Of a DNA stretch of 64,000 nt, positions 37,335 through 49,000 are shown in pieces; position 1 is the first letter of the stretch; every line of letters starts with the position of its first letter. Under the pieces are notes generated by a model. The model had not been told where the DNA came from and did no database searches. It saw nothing but the letters and a program-made list of their open reading frames with translations. The DNA is from Macrostomum lignano (taxonomy: Eukaryota), in NCBI GenBank assembly GCA_002269645.1, contig NIVC01002358.1, positions 86,015-150,014 on the forward strand, read 5' to 3'. The translations under genes were made by a program, and so were the position numbers.

Positions 37335-37860
37335 AACTTCTTTTAGATATAGTCATCCTACATAATTGTATTTTTAATAACGCATTACTAACAAACATAG
37401 CCTGTTTCCTAAATCGAAATTCTAAATCCATTCGAATGTTTTTTGTTTTTTTGAAGTGCAATAAAATGTTTATTTTATTTTTTTTCGAAGCTTAGTTACT
37501 GCATGCAGTTGTTGAGTGCAACTCAAAATTCCCTAAAACAGTTAGTCTAGCTCTAGAGCGGGCACGAGACACCAGAGGTAGATAAGGGATTTCAAAAGGG
37601 GACAAATGACTCCAGAAGGGGGCAATAGGCGCCAAAAAGGGCACAAGGTGCATCAGAAGGACACAAGGGACGCCAGAATGACACGGGGCGCTAGAAGATC
37701 GGGTAATTATTGAGACCATTTTTTCAGCAGCCTTTATATTTGTGTTAGATTCTAACTGGCCTTGCTTAATACAGTAGTCACTAATTTGCTTTGAACGCTT
37801 TCTATTCTAACACAAACTAATTTTTAAAAACTATTTGCTGCAACAACAATACTGCCGCAG

Positions 37861-38928
37861 CGCTGACGGTGCCGACACCGGCGACGCCACCGAGATGGGC
37901 GTCCGGCGCAGTCAGGCGGACCTTGTCGAATGCGGCCAGTTCGAGGCGGAGGCGACGGCGGGGGGCACCGCTGCGGAGCCGGCCTGCATGCCCGAGTGAG
38001 TTGAAGGCTGTTCGTTTAACTAATCGATAGTGTCTATTTTTAGCATATTGATTTTCCACGAGCCTGGGTAAGGCTAACTGTCTAATAGAAGTCACGTGAC
38101 ACGCCTTTATTGGTGTGAGGAATGTACATTGCCCCCCGTACAGGGAGGGACAGGTAACCCGAGAATGGCAATAAAACAAGATAAGCAGTAACAAAGGCCG
38201 CTCGCAGCGGTTCCGTGAAAGGGCGGGAACGATTATAGGTAGATAAATTCCAGCAAGTTGATGCTGCGCGCCAATACTACTAACTGAAGTTTAATAGTAG
38301 CTTTAAAGGGTAAATATTGCAACTATTTACGAGGCGTACTTCTAAATTAAACACTTTTAAATATCTGTTGTCTCGATTTTCACAGTGTAGAGACAGTTTA
38401 ATTGATGCTGGGTAAGCAAGCGGTAAAAATAAGCTGCCCAATCAATCCATTGAGTCTACATCTTATGTCTGTTTATTAATTATTCGTCAGTGTTTTTTTG
38501 TTGTATTCTTCCTTTGAAAAAAATATTGCTCTTTCGAATCAGGCTTTGCTTTAAAGTACGAGTGGTATACTGAAGTATTTCCTTTGGGGACCTTTAAATA
38601 TCTAACGAGCTATCGCAGCCACCTCACTCCACGATCGATCCATCTGATTGGCTGCCGTATCGCCAACCAATAAGCGCGAGTTGGGGGTTGGCGCAGCAAA
38701 TCTCAAACTGTACACTCTAAAGCAGGCATCTACGCATTTGAAAATTTCAGCCCCGCGGCTTGGCCAAGCAGCCCCGATGGAGGCCAGTCGCACGTGCCGG
38801 CAATCTATCAGCTGTTTGATGACAATTTGGCGGTCACAGCTGAGTACGTGCGGCACCAGCAGGGCGCTGACCATCCCAAGTACCACCGAGCACTGGCGGC
38901 CTTTGTCACTCTGCGAACCAAACTGTAG
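37861..38928 (+). CDS. Alternative 3' exons of the cadherin (37861-37995, 38751-38928) giving a tail ending ...VTLRTKL*
   Basis: Phase-2 acceptor and donor match the phase-2 donor at 35840. The frame is open and ends in a class I PDZ-like motif (TKL). Confidence 0.65.
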
Positions 38929-39807
38929 TGCAATGTTGGATGGCCGTACATTATAAATGCATGCTTTCCCTGCCTTCTTGCTTATCCTTTCACTCTAATC
39001 TTGGTTATTATTAATATCACCTGATAAAGGAATATTCTCTTTTCTTAACTTCTATTTATCACCAATGCTTGCAATTTCTAGTCAGAGCTTCTGAACACAA
39101 AGAATCTATCTAAGAAATAGACACTTTAGTTGTATTGTATGAAGTCGATTTATTTTTTTCTGAAAAATGTAAATCGTACCCTTGTTTTTGTTGCTTTACT
39201 TTAAGCTATATTGGATGAGAAATCGATAAGAAAGACAATTATCGAATTTAGCCTTTTTCATTAAAAGAACTCTGGCTCTTATTTACAAATAATTCGTGAA
39301 TGACAATCTTTTCGGCATAAAATTGCACACACTTATTAAGTGTTAAAATTACCCAAAAATAGCTTCAGCAATACAAAACCAGATTCAGAAGGGAAAACGC
39401 AAAGAAGCATGAGAATTTATTGAAGTAGAAAATTACAAAATCAAAATAATGGTTACTCAATTTACATATGCTATATAGCAGCAGTTTATCAAGGACCACT
39501 CAAGTAGAAGGGTGGAGAATTTGATTTCTTAGAAAAGTTTAGGAGGCAGATTTTACTGAAAAATACATTACGGAGAGAGCATTGTTTCTCGTCCATAATG
39601 TTATAAAGCAGTCCTATAATATACAAGTAGTCCTGTATATGCAATTATTGCACACAGTTTTTGTTAGGCATTTTTCGGATATGTTTTATGGCACAGCCGA
39701 ACTTCAACTTTAAAATGACATAATATCACTTCTGGGTTGAAGGAAATAAAAAAGTACCCAGAATTTCGTATCATAAATAAACTCTTTTTAAATAAACTTC
39801 TTTTGGG

Positions 39808-40238
39808 CCAACTTGTCACTCTAGCAATGGCTCCCTCATCATCAGCCACTCAATAGTCTATGGCCCAACCTGTCACTCTAGCAATGGCTCTCATCCCATC
39901 CATCATCAGCCACTCAATAGTCTATGGCCCAACCTGTCACTCTAGCAATGGCTCCTATCCCATCCATCATCAGCCACTCAATAGTCTATGGCCCAACCTG
40001 TCACTCTAGCAATGGCTCCTATCCCATCCATCATCAGCCACTCAATAGTCTATGGCCCAACCTGTCCCTCTAGCGATGGCTCTCAGACCATCATCAGCCA
40101 CTAAATAGTCTATGGCCTATCTCTAGCGATGGCTCCCATCCTATCCATCATCAGCCACTCAATAGTCTATGGCCCAACCTGTCCCTCTAGCAATGGCTCC
40201 CATCCGATTCATCATCAGCCACTCAATAGTCTATGGCT
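39808..40238. repeat. ~64-bp tandem repeat (~7 copies) immediately 3' of the SCARB stop codon
   Basis: atcagccact recurs at spacings of 64, 64, 64, 60, 57 and 64 bp. Confidence 0.92.
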
Positions 40239-40245
40239 GAGCCTA

Positions 40246-43200
40246 TCAGGCCGTAGCAACGGGCTCCTCCTGTGCCAGCAGCCCAGTCCGATCGCCTTCG
40301 CCGACGTCCCTGACTACTGCATCACTGTCCTGGACTTCGCTGCCTGCCTCCGTGACAGCGCAATTAACTGAACCGTCCCCGACGACGCTTACACCGACGC
40401 CATTGACGACGTTTTCAACGGCTCCCGACGTCGGTGACGAATCAGCCTGGGTGGTTTTTGCGTTTCTCCTTCGCTGCAATAGCAGCAGAAACGTTGCCAC
40501 AGTTGTTACTAAGCTTCCCAGGCCCATGGCAACCCCGATAGCGATTTTGGCAACCAACTGCGGGGTCAGCAGAAGGTCACGCAACTGACTAGCCGTGTCG
40601 ACGTCAACGACGGCGCTCTCGTTTATCCACAGCATCGGGTAGAACTGGGACCGGAGATTCGGCGCGAACGCGGCGTAGGCGGGACCCGCGTCCAGCTGAA
40701 GGTTGATCTGCAGCCGCTTGTACAGCTGCAGCACCGCCCCACTCAGCGGCTCGATGTCCACGTAGGTGCGGTGGGCGCGGTCGTCAGGGTACAGGCCGCG
40801 TACCGAGGCCTGGGAGGAAAAGGGATTTGTATCTCGATTAAGATGGTTATCAAGATTGGGATTGGGATCTGGATTGGGATGGGGATCTGGATTGGGATGG
40901 GGATCTGGATTGGGATAGGGATCTGGATTGGGATGGGGATCTGGATTGGGATTGGGATCTGGATTGGGATGGGGATCTGGAATGGGATGGGGATCTGGAT
41001 TGGGATAGGGATCTGGATTGGGATTGGGATCTGGATTGGGATAGGGATATGGATTGGGATAGGGATCTGGATTGGGATTGGGATCTGGATTGGGATAGGG
41101 ATCTGGATTGGGATGGGGATCTGGATTGGGATGGGGATCTGGATTGGGATGGGGATCTGGATTGGGATAGGGATCTGGATTGGGATTGGGATCTGGATTG
41201 GGATAGGGATATGGATTGGGATAGGGATCTGGATTGGGATTGGGATCTGGATTGGGATAGGGATCTGGATTGGGATGGGGATCTGGATTGGGATGGGGAT
41301 CTGGATTGGGATGGGGATCTGGATTGGGATGGGGATCTGGATTGGAATGAGGATCTGGATTGGAATGAGGATCTGGATTGGGGTGGGGATCTGGACATGC
41401 TTGGGCGCAACCTAGGGATTCACCCGGCCGTTTCTATTGGCAACACACACATTTAAGTCGCTATTGGACGGAATAGTAGTCACGTGACTGCTCTCAGCCA
41501 ATAGCGACTTACATGTCTGTGTTGCCAATAGAAACGGTCGAGTGATTCCCAAGGTTGCGCATGTATGGATCTGGATTGGGATGGGGATCTGGATTGGGAT
41601 GGAGATCTGGGTTGGGATCTGGACGCAGACAGGGAATCCAATTACCTGAATCTCGGGAGCAGCCAGCAGGAAGTGCGGCAAAGAGGCCACCACAGGTATG
41701 TGAAGGCCGTTGAGCCGTTTGCACTCGGTGAGGTTGAACAGGCCGGCGGGAAGACAGTTGCCGGCCGGGGTGCAATAGCCCGCATTGTCCGGGTTCTCGC
41801 TGGCGTTGGCCAGCAGCCTGTCCGGACCGGTGAATCGCCACAACCGGAGGAGGCCGCCAGCCGCATCAACCTCGCTGTCGAAGACTCCATAGAGTGAGCG
41901 GCAGATGTCGGAGATGAAGGCGGGCAGCAGAGCGGATTTGTTGAGGAACGGCGGAGCCAGACTGCCGTCGGAGCCGATCACCAGGTTGGCGAGCTCCGAC
42001 GACCAGAAGTGGAGGCTGCGCGACCCGTTGAATGCCTGGATTTCGCCCAGGTGCTGGGGATCTCTGAGACCGGCGGATATGGTGTACACGCCATCGTATG
42101 TGTTGTTCAACCCAGCCAGAACGCCGATGAAATCAGTGTACACCATGCCCGGGATGACCTGCGGGTGCGCCACTTCGTTCATTGGCGAGCCGCCCCTTCA
42201 TTCAGTAATCCGCTCCTTAATTTAGTAATCCGCCCCTTCATTCAGTAATCCGCCCCTTAATTTAGTAATCCGCCCCTTCATTCAGTAATCCGCCCCTTAA
42301 TTTAGTAATCCGCCCCTTCATTCAGTAATCCGCCTCTTCATTCAGTAATCCGCTCCTTAATTTAGTAATCCGCCCCTTCATTCAGTAATCCGCCTCTTCA
42401 TTCAGTAATCCCCCCTTCATTTAGTAATCCGCCCCTTCATTCAGTAATCCACCCTTTCATTTAGTAATCCACCCTTTCATTTAGTAATCCACCACTTCAT
42501 TTAGTAATCCACCCTTTCATTTAGTAATCCACCACTTCATTTAGTAATCCACCCTTTCATTTAGTAATCCACCACTTCATTTAGTAATCCACCACTTTAT
42601 TTAGTAATCCACTACTTCATTTAGTAATCCACCCCTTCACCTTTATTTATTAATCCGCTCCTATATTTAGTAATCCACTACTTCATTTAGTAATCCGTCC
42701 CTTCATTATGTGGGTAATTATATCCCCCAGTAAACCGCCCCATACCCTCATTGAGCCAGCAGTAAGCAAACCTCGTGCGCCAGCCGCAGGAGTTTGTCGT
42801 GATAGCCGAAAGCAACATCCCGGACGCTCAGCCTCGGGAACAGGGTCTCGTTGGGGAAGGCGGCCAGGGCGGCCGACGCAAAGCGTTGAAGCGCCTGCGG
42901 CATGAACCGCAGACTGTTTAGGATGGTCACCAACGGCAAATTGGCGGTGGTGAACCGCCAGGAATCGTCAGCGATGGACTCGTTGCGCAGGAACAGATAG
43001 GTGCGGTTCTGCTTGTAGGTCAGCCAGTCTCGCAGCTCGTCACACGAGACGTCCTCCTTGCGGCGAACTTCCGCGTAGGTGAAGGGGCCGCGCTGCACCA
43101 CGAACGGGCGATCGCCTGCAGCGTTCGGCCGGAAATTCTGACTAATTATTCTCTGCTTATCCGCTGGATTATCCTGCGCTAATCCGCTGGATTATCCTCC

Positions 43201-43824
43201 GCTAATCCGCTGGATTATCCTCCGCTAATGCGCTGGATTATTCTTCGCTAATGCGCTGGATTATTCTCCGTTAATCCACTGGATTATCCTCCTCTCCGCT
43301 AATCCGCTGGATTATCCTTTGCTAATCCACTGAATTGTCCGCTTATCCGCAGAATTATCCTCCGCTAATCTGAAAGACTATCCTTCGCTAATCGTAAAGA
43401 CTATTCTTCGCAAATCCGCTGGATTATCCTCTGCTAATCCGGTGGATTATCCTCCGCAAATCCGCTGGATTATCCTCTGCTAATCCGCTGAATTATCCTC
43501 TGCTAACCCGCTGGGTTGTTCTCTACTAATTCTCCAAATGAGAATCTCGCCATCAACTATCAGTCGCTATTTTTAATTAATATATGATTTACCGTTAATA
43601 ACTTCAATAGGATTCTGTAGATCGAATGCGTAGAACTGGATTCGCACTGGCACTTTGGGTGAAATGAACTGACTGTAGGCCAGGGTGCCATTGCGCAGTG
43701 CTATGTGCTGCAGTACCTGCCAGCGGAGCACTGGGTTATAAGCCACTAACCCTATGGATCCAACTATGAGGAGGACCAGACCAGCTGCCACGGTCCTAGT
43801 ATGACACCGCTGATTGTTGCTGGC
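40246..43824 (-). CDS. CD36/scavenger receptor class B (LIMP-2/SCARB-like) protein, ~550 aa
   Basis: Exons 43824-43593, 43115-42772, 42158-41646, 40809-40246. Motifs QRGPFTY, GSDGSLAPP, DICRS, CTPAGNCLPAGLFNLTEC, SLPHFL, DIEPLSG, YPMLWINE, plus N- and C-terminal TM helices. No ATG in the first visible exon. Confidence 0.9.
40852..41622. repeat. 18-bp minisatellite (gggatctggattgggatg), SCARB intron 3, interrupted by a hairpin element
   Basis: Direct reading. Confidence 0.95.
41405..41560. mobile_element. 156-bp imperfect palindromic MITE-like insertion
   Basis: Arms gcgcaacctagggattcacccggccgtttctattggcaacac... and the reverse complement of ...gttgccaatagaaacggtcgagtgattcccaaggttgcgc flank a central gtcacgtgac. 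Confidence 0.75.
42188..42706. repeat. 20-bp minisatellite (agtaatccgccccttcattc), SCARB intron 2
   Basis: Direct reading. Confidence 0.93.
43145..43530. repeat. 23-bp minisatellite (atccgctggattatcctccgcta), SCARB intron 1
   Basis: Direct reading; degenerate toward the ends. Confidence 0.9.
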
Positions 43825-45302
43825 CTTGATGAAAAAATGAAGCAGAAAAAGTTCAATCTATAGAAATGTTTTTATAAAATCAATTAATCCAAGATAAAAT
43901 AGAAAAATTTTACAATATATCTTATAATGATAGATTGATTAGACATTAAATGCAAGATTTATTCTAGTTTCTTGGCAATGGTCTGATAGTCATATTTACC
44001 TTATTGCTTAAAGGCACAAACCAAAAATTATACTTTAGTATAATATAATTAAATTAGTTTATTATACATAACCCAGTTTGCGATTCAAGCTTACTCATCC
44101 AGCAAAGAATATTTTTATTCTAACAGCAGCACTTAAAAAGTAGCCCACAGAATGACTGCTAAATTACTATGCAATAGCTAATCATCTTAAAGTGCTTACA
44201 AATAGCATATAGCAATATACAATAGATAACTAAATGCTTGTCAAACTTGTCTAAACCCATTATAATTACTCTCAATTCATTCAAATTTATTAAATATAAA
44301 GTTACTGCATACTTTTGTTGCATGAATCTGTTTAGCTAACAAAAAACTTAAAGTTTCTATCAAAAGCAAAAATCTGGATGGGGATGAGTCTAAAAATAAT
44401 TACTTGATTGAACCACATGTTTGCTGACTCCTTTTTCTTAGATATATACATGAAAAAGCTCAAATCATATATCCATTCTTAATCGAAATCGGCTAACTAA
44501 ATCATATACTTAAACATCTCTAGTCTATCCGCATGTGTAAATTGATCGCACAACTAAATATTATGACTTCTTAGAAAGCCATTAAGTTAAAAAAGTGCGA
44601 AAATTATTGTTATGACAAATTTGTGTACCTCGTTATGCGAAAAAGTTTGATCCGCTAGAAGGCATAAATTAAAGTATCTGTAAATTTGTAAAAAAAATAT
44701 GGTCCACCAGGCACAAGGTAGAACTTAAAATTATGAATATGCAACTGCTTTTGCAGTTACTGAATGTCGAATGAACGACAAAGTAATAAAATTTTGAGAA
44801 AGCAGAACTACGCATTGAAGCAGTCAAGCTAAGATTATGACATACGCGTAGTTGGATCGTCCGTGAACTCGTACGGCGTACGTAACTCAATTGTAGTTGC
44901 TATGCCGTTGCATATTCATTTATGTAACTGCATGTGTCTATAATTCTACCTCCCACCATATGTGGCCACTTTTGCGTTTTTTGGTCGGCGCGAGGTGTAC
45001 CAGCTTGTTACTGCTGCTGTTGTTGTTTTTGATGTTGTTGTGTTGTGTCTTCTAAAACTAAAACTGCTTAAATATTAGTCAATATTAGTCCTTTGATTTT
45101 TAAGTTACTGTGGTAACAGTGGAGATTCTTAAGTTTATTCCAGAATGGGATTGCGAACCTCCTAATTTTTTGCCGTGTCAAAACGGACAGACATGAAAAT
45201 AAAAAACGCAATAATTTTATATGTGCCTACACCTCAAAAAATAAAGTCGCTTGGCGACTCCAGAATCCGGCGGATTCCCTTTGGCCAGTTGACCACTAAA
45301 AA

Positions 45303-46007
45303 GGGGGCCCATCAGAAGCTCGAAAAATCACATCGTCGAAAACAGACCCAGCAACCACCATCACAAGCTCGAATAGGGTCGGGGTTAGAACTTGTGCCTT
45401 TAGGGTTAGGGTTTAGGGTTAGGTTAGGGTCGGGGTAGGGTTAGTGCCTTGGGTTAGGGTTAGGATTAGAGCTTGTGCCTTTTCGAGCTTGTGATGATGG
45501 TTGCTTAATCAGTTTTCGACGATGTGATTTTTCGAGCTTGTGATGATGGTTGCTAAATCAGTTTTCGACGATGTGATTTTTTCGAGCTTGTGACTTTTCG
45601 AGCTTGTGATGATGGTTGCTAAATCAGTTTTCGACGATGTGATTTTTCGAGCTTGTGACTTTTCGAGCTTGTGACTTTTCGAGCTTGTGACTTTTCGAGC
45701 TTGTGACTTTTCGAGCTTGTGACTTTTCGAGCTTGTGACTTTTCGAGCTTGTGACTTTTCGAGCTTGTGACTTTTCGAGCTTGTGACTTTTCGAGCTTGT
45801 GACTTTTCGAGCTTGTGACTTTTCGAGCTTGTGACTTTTCGAGCTTGTGATGGTGGATGCTTTTCGACGATGTGATTTTTCGAGCTTGTGACTTTTCGAG
45901 CTTGTGATGATGGCTGCTAAATCAGTTATCGACGATGTGATTTTTCGAGCTTGTGATGGAGCCTTGTTTTCGACGATGTGATTTTTCGAGTTTATGATGG
46001 CGACCCC
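45303..46007. mobile_element. Foldback-type non-autonomous element with TTAGGG-like spacer and a 16-bp array in one arm
   Basis: Ends GGGGGCCCCATCA and TGATGGCGACCCC; flanks actaaaaa/actaaaac (8-bp TSD, one mismatch). The left arm (45310-45375) is the inverse of the right-arm repeats. The ttaggg-rich spacer spans 45376-45470 and (tttcgagcttgtgact)n spans ~45590-45850. Confidence 0.7.
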
Positions 46008-49000
46008 ACTAAAACAATAGCGCAATACTCGTAACTACTAAAAACTCTGTAACTACATGTATAATACCACTACAAGTTACTAATAAAGCACAATCACAAT
46101 CATAAAAAATTATAAACAAATATATTCTGCTGAAAATCGTATAATTTACATTCAAGAACCGGTCTACCAGTGAGTAACAAATACACGATAACACAGCAAT
46201 ATCAGTGCAGGAGCGAATCGAAAAGCGAAATTGATCAGCAACTGAGAACGCAGTTGATTCAGAACAGCGGACTAAAAACCGGTAATTGCAGGCTGCGGGC
46301 GCCTGCATTTGATCTGCATTGGTCACAGCGCCTCCTGCGGGCGGGTCGGGGCGTAGGAGAATTATAGGACCCCACGCACACGCGCACTCTCCGGCAGTCT
46401 TCCCTCTAAAAAACCAACAACCCAAACCTCCGATCCACAACGGCAGTGCAGTCATTAGCAAATGGCCACTTCGAGCGACTCTTACAAAAATGCATGCCAC
46501 CGGCGGTCGCAGCCGCAGACGCACTGCCGCTGCGGCCCGAGCAGCAGCAGCAGCAGCTCACTCCAGGATACGCCATGCAGCTGAGTCACGTGCCCTGCGG
46601 AAAGCACGCAGAGCAATTAGGGGGGCAAGAGCAGCCCTAAACGGACCAAAGGGTGGAAGCTCACTGCCACGGGCCGGAGCACATGCCGCAGAGTTGTTGA
46701 GGTCGTGGGGAGCGGCGGGAGCAAGGCCTGGAGTTGGATTTGAGATTAGTCCTCGGCGTGTTTAGTCCGGTTAGCAATTCGCCGCCCCCTCCTACCCCAT
46801 TCTCAGCTCCTCTTTCTTTCTCTTCCCATTTTCAACTTCCCAAAACCACCCCAGCCACCCTTTGGTTCTGGCGACCATGCAGGCAACGGGGGCGGCTTGG
46901 GAAGGTGGAACAGACTTGGCTGGGAATCCACTCCGCCTCCGGGCCCCCTGCTGTCCCCTTCCCATTGGGGCTGCAGGGGGTCGGGGAAGAGATAGGGGGC
47001 AGCAGAGTGGGGAAACAGGGGGGGGGGGTTCGGGGTCCAGCCTGAGTGAGTCACAGGCAGGCAGTTCCCCAATTTATGAGCCGCCGCCGGCTCCCCGAAA
47101 CCCGAATTTCAACTCTGTCGCGCAGATCCCCCTCTCCGTCTTTATTTCCCATACAAGCTAGACTGCTGCAGTTTGCCCACGCTTCGATACGCACCTCTGC
47201 CACCTCAGCAAGTCAAATTTACCCTATATTTTTGAAACTTGAGCCGGTCCGCAGGCAGGGAAGCAGTCCATAATTACCATTTTGATTTGAGAAGTCTCAA
47301 GTGCAGCACATTATAGCAGGTAAGAAGGAAACCCGCGTCTTCTGTTTTGGAACTTCACGGAAATTTTTTTCTCGACAAGTAATTAGATAATGATAAGCAG
47401 TTTAAGTCAGTAGCCAAATGTTTTGTTTGCGTTGCATCCGTTACTGCATGGATTACTTCCGCATTGGTATATTGATATCATTACCGATTCTATATACTCG
47501 CATTATAAATTCCCATATACATTGAGCTGCTCGCATAGCTACAATATTTCATATAGTTGACTGTTGAGCCCTGCGCTGCGCTGAGCAGCCAGTGAGCACA
47601 GTGCGGCAGTAAAGAAAAATGAATTCCGCTCCACAATACTTCGGCACTTTCAAACTCGTTCCCTTTTCCACAATTCGTAATAGAAATATTCCCGACTGCT
47701 CACGCAGAGTGCCTTTGTGCCTGGGACCTGGTTTGGCTGGCTCACACGCCGTAGGGGAGTTCTGTGGAGTTTTTTTCGGGAAGAGGCCAGGCAGGCAGGC
47801 AGGCGCAGGCAGGCAGAGTGGAAAGAAGACTGGAACATCTGCCATTCTGCTCTGTTCATATGGAATAAGGAAAAACTATAGCTTACAGGGAATCGTTAAT
47901 GGCCAAGGGGTGAAACTTGGGGGGGGGGGTTTGAGAACTCAAACTGCTAGCATGGACGTTGAGCAGTGTAGGGTTAACAGGCAGCCTAAATATCAAAACA
48001 TTGAGAAATAAACGCAGGACATAGTATGATAGTACCCCCTCTTGCGTTGCTTCATCATGTCATGCTTTCTGTCGTTTGATTGGAAAATTGTGGTCGTCGC
48101 AAATAACGCATAAAAATATATTCCTTGAATCCTAGGTCGAATCGTTGACATTAGCTGACAATTCCTCTTCATTAGAAACATCTGCTTGTAAGCCTACTTA
48201 GTAGACGTGTGGCTTATGACGTTTAAGACATTTTTAGCCTTTAGAAACAGTAACAATCGACAAGAAGAGAATCAAAGAGTAGGGAAATTATCTTATGGGC
48301 TGGAGTTATGGCAGCTCGCCTGCAGTAACTTTTCTTCATATCAATAAATTAATACAAAGAGGCGCCAGTGGGGAGGGAAAGAATCCCCCAATTCGAGGGG
48401 ACTGGGAATCCCACACGCCTGCCGCCTCAGTTTTATGACTCTTTGTTTCCCTCCATTCCCATCTGTCGTTTTGAATCGGGGGGGGGGGGGGCGGCGCGGG
48501 CGGGGGCCGCGGCTGCCCTCCAGCCATTAGCCCCCACCACCCCTGGCCGGCGCTCTCTTTGTTTATTTGCACTGGGTGGGGCCGCCTAAGTCAGTCTGGT
48601 ACGGGCCAACCCCCTATGATCAGCCAGCCAGCCACCCCATTCCCCTACCCCCCCCCCGGGGCCGGGACCTCAGGCACGCGCGCGCCGCCTGGGCCCCAAA
48701 ATTAGTCAGCCAAGCTAGACGTCCCATTTGGCCCGACTGCCCCCTCCAAGCCTCCACCCCTGGGGGTAGGCCCAATCTTAACCAACATTATATAATTGCG
48801 CCAGTTCTCTGCGTGCAGGCCAAGCCTCAGGCAGGCTCAGAAATCAATACTAAGGTTTAAAATTCGATCCCGATCCTGAACTCTCTCGCCTGCGGACTGC
48901 ACTCTGAATTAAGTATTGGAGTCTTATCTAATATTAAAAACTTAGTTTAGCGGTAGACTTGTATTAAACCAGTAATTCTTTATTTAAAGTTACGAGTAAG

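Noticed and set aside
37817-38194. 125-aa minus-strand ORF
   Set aside because: The GC-rich core is better explained as a plus-strand cadherin exon bounded by cag|...|gtgagt.
45170-45290. Helentron/DINE-like end (acggacagac plus two small hairpins)
   Set aside because: It is suggestive only, and I could not find matching subterminal repeats or the other end.
45376-45470. True telomere or chromosome fusion site
   Set aside because: It is short, degenerate and enclosed by the inverted arms and TSD of a mobile element.
46170-48860. Short ORFs in the GC-rich region between SCARB and the zinc-finger gene
   Set aside because: There are no recognisable domains or consistent exon chain. This is more likely promoter and 5' UTR sequence (possible donor near 47320), but I cannot support specific features.
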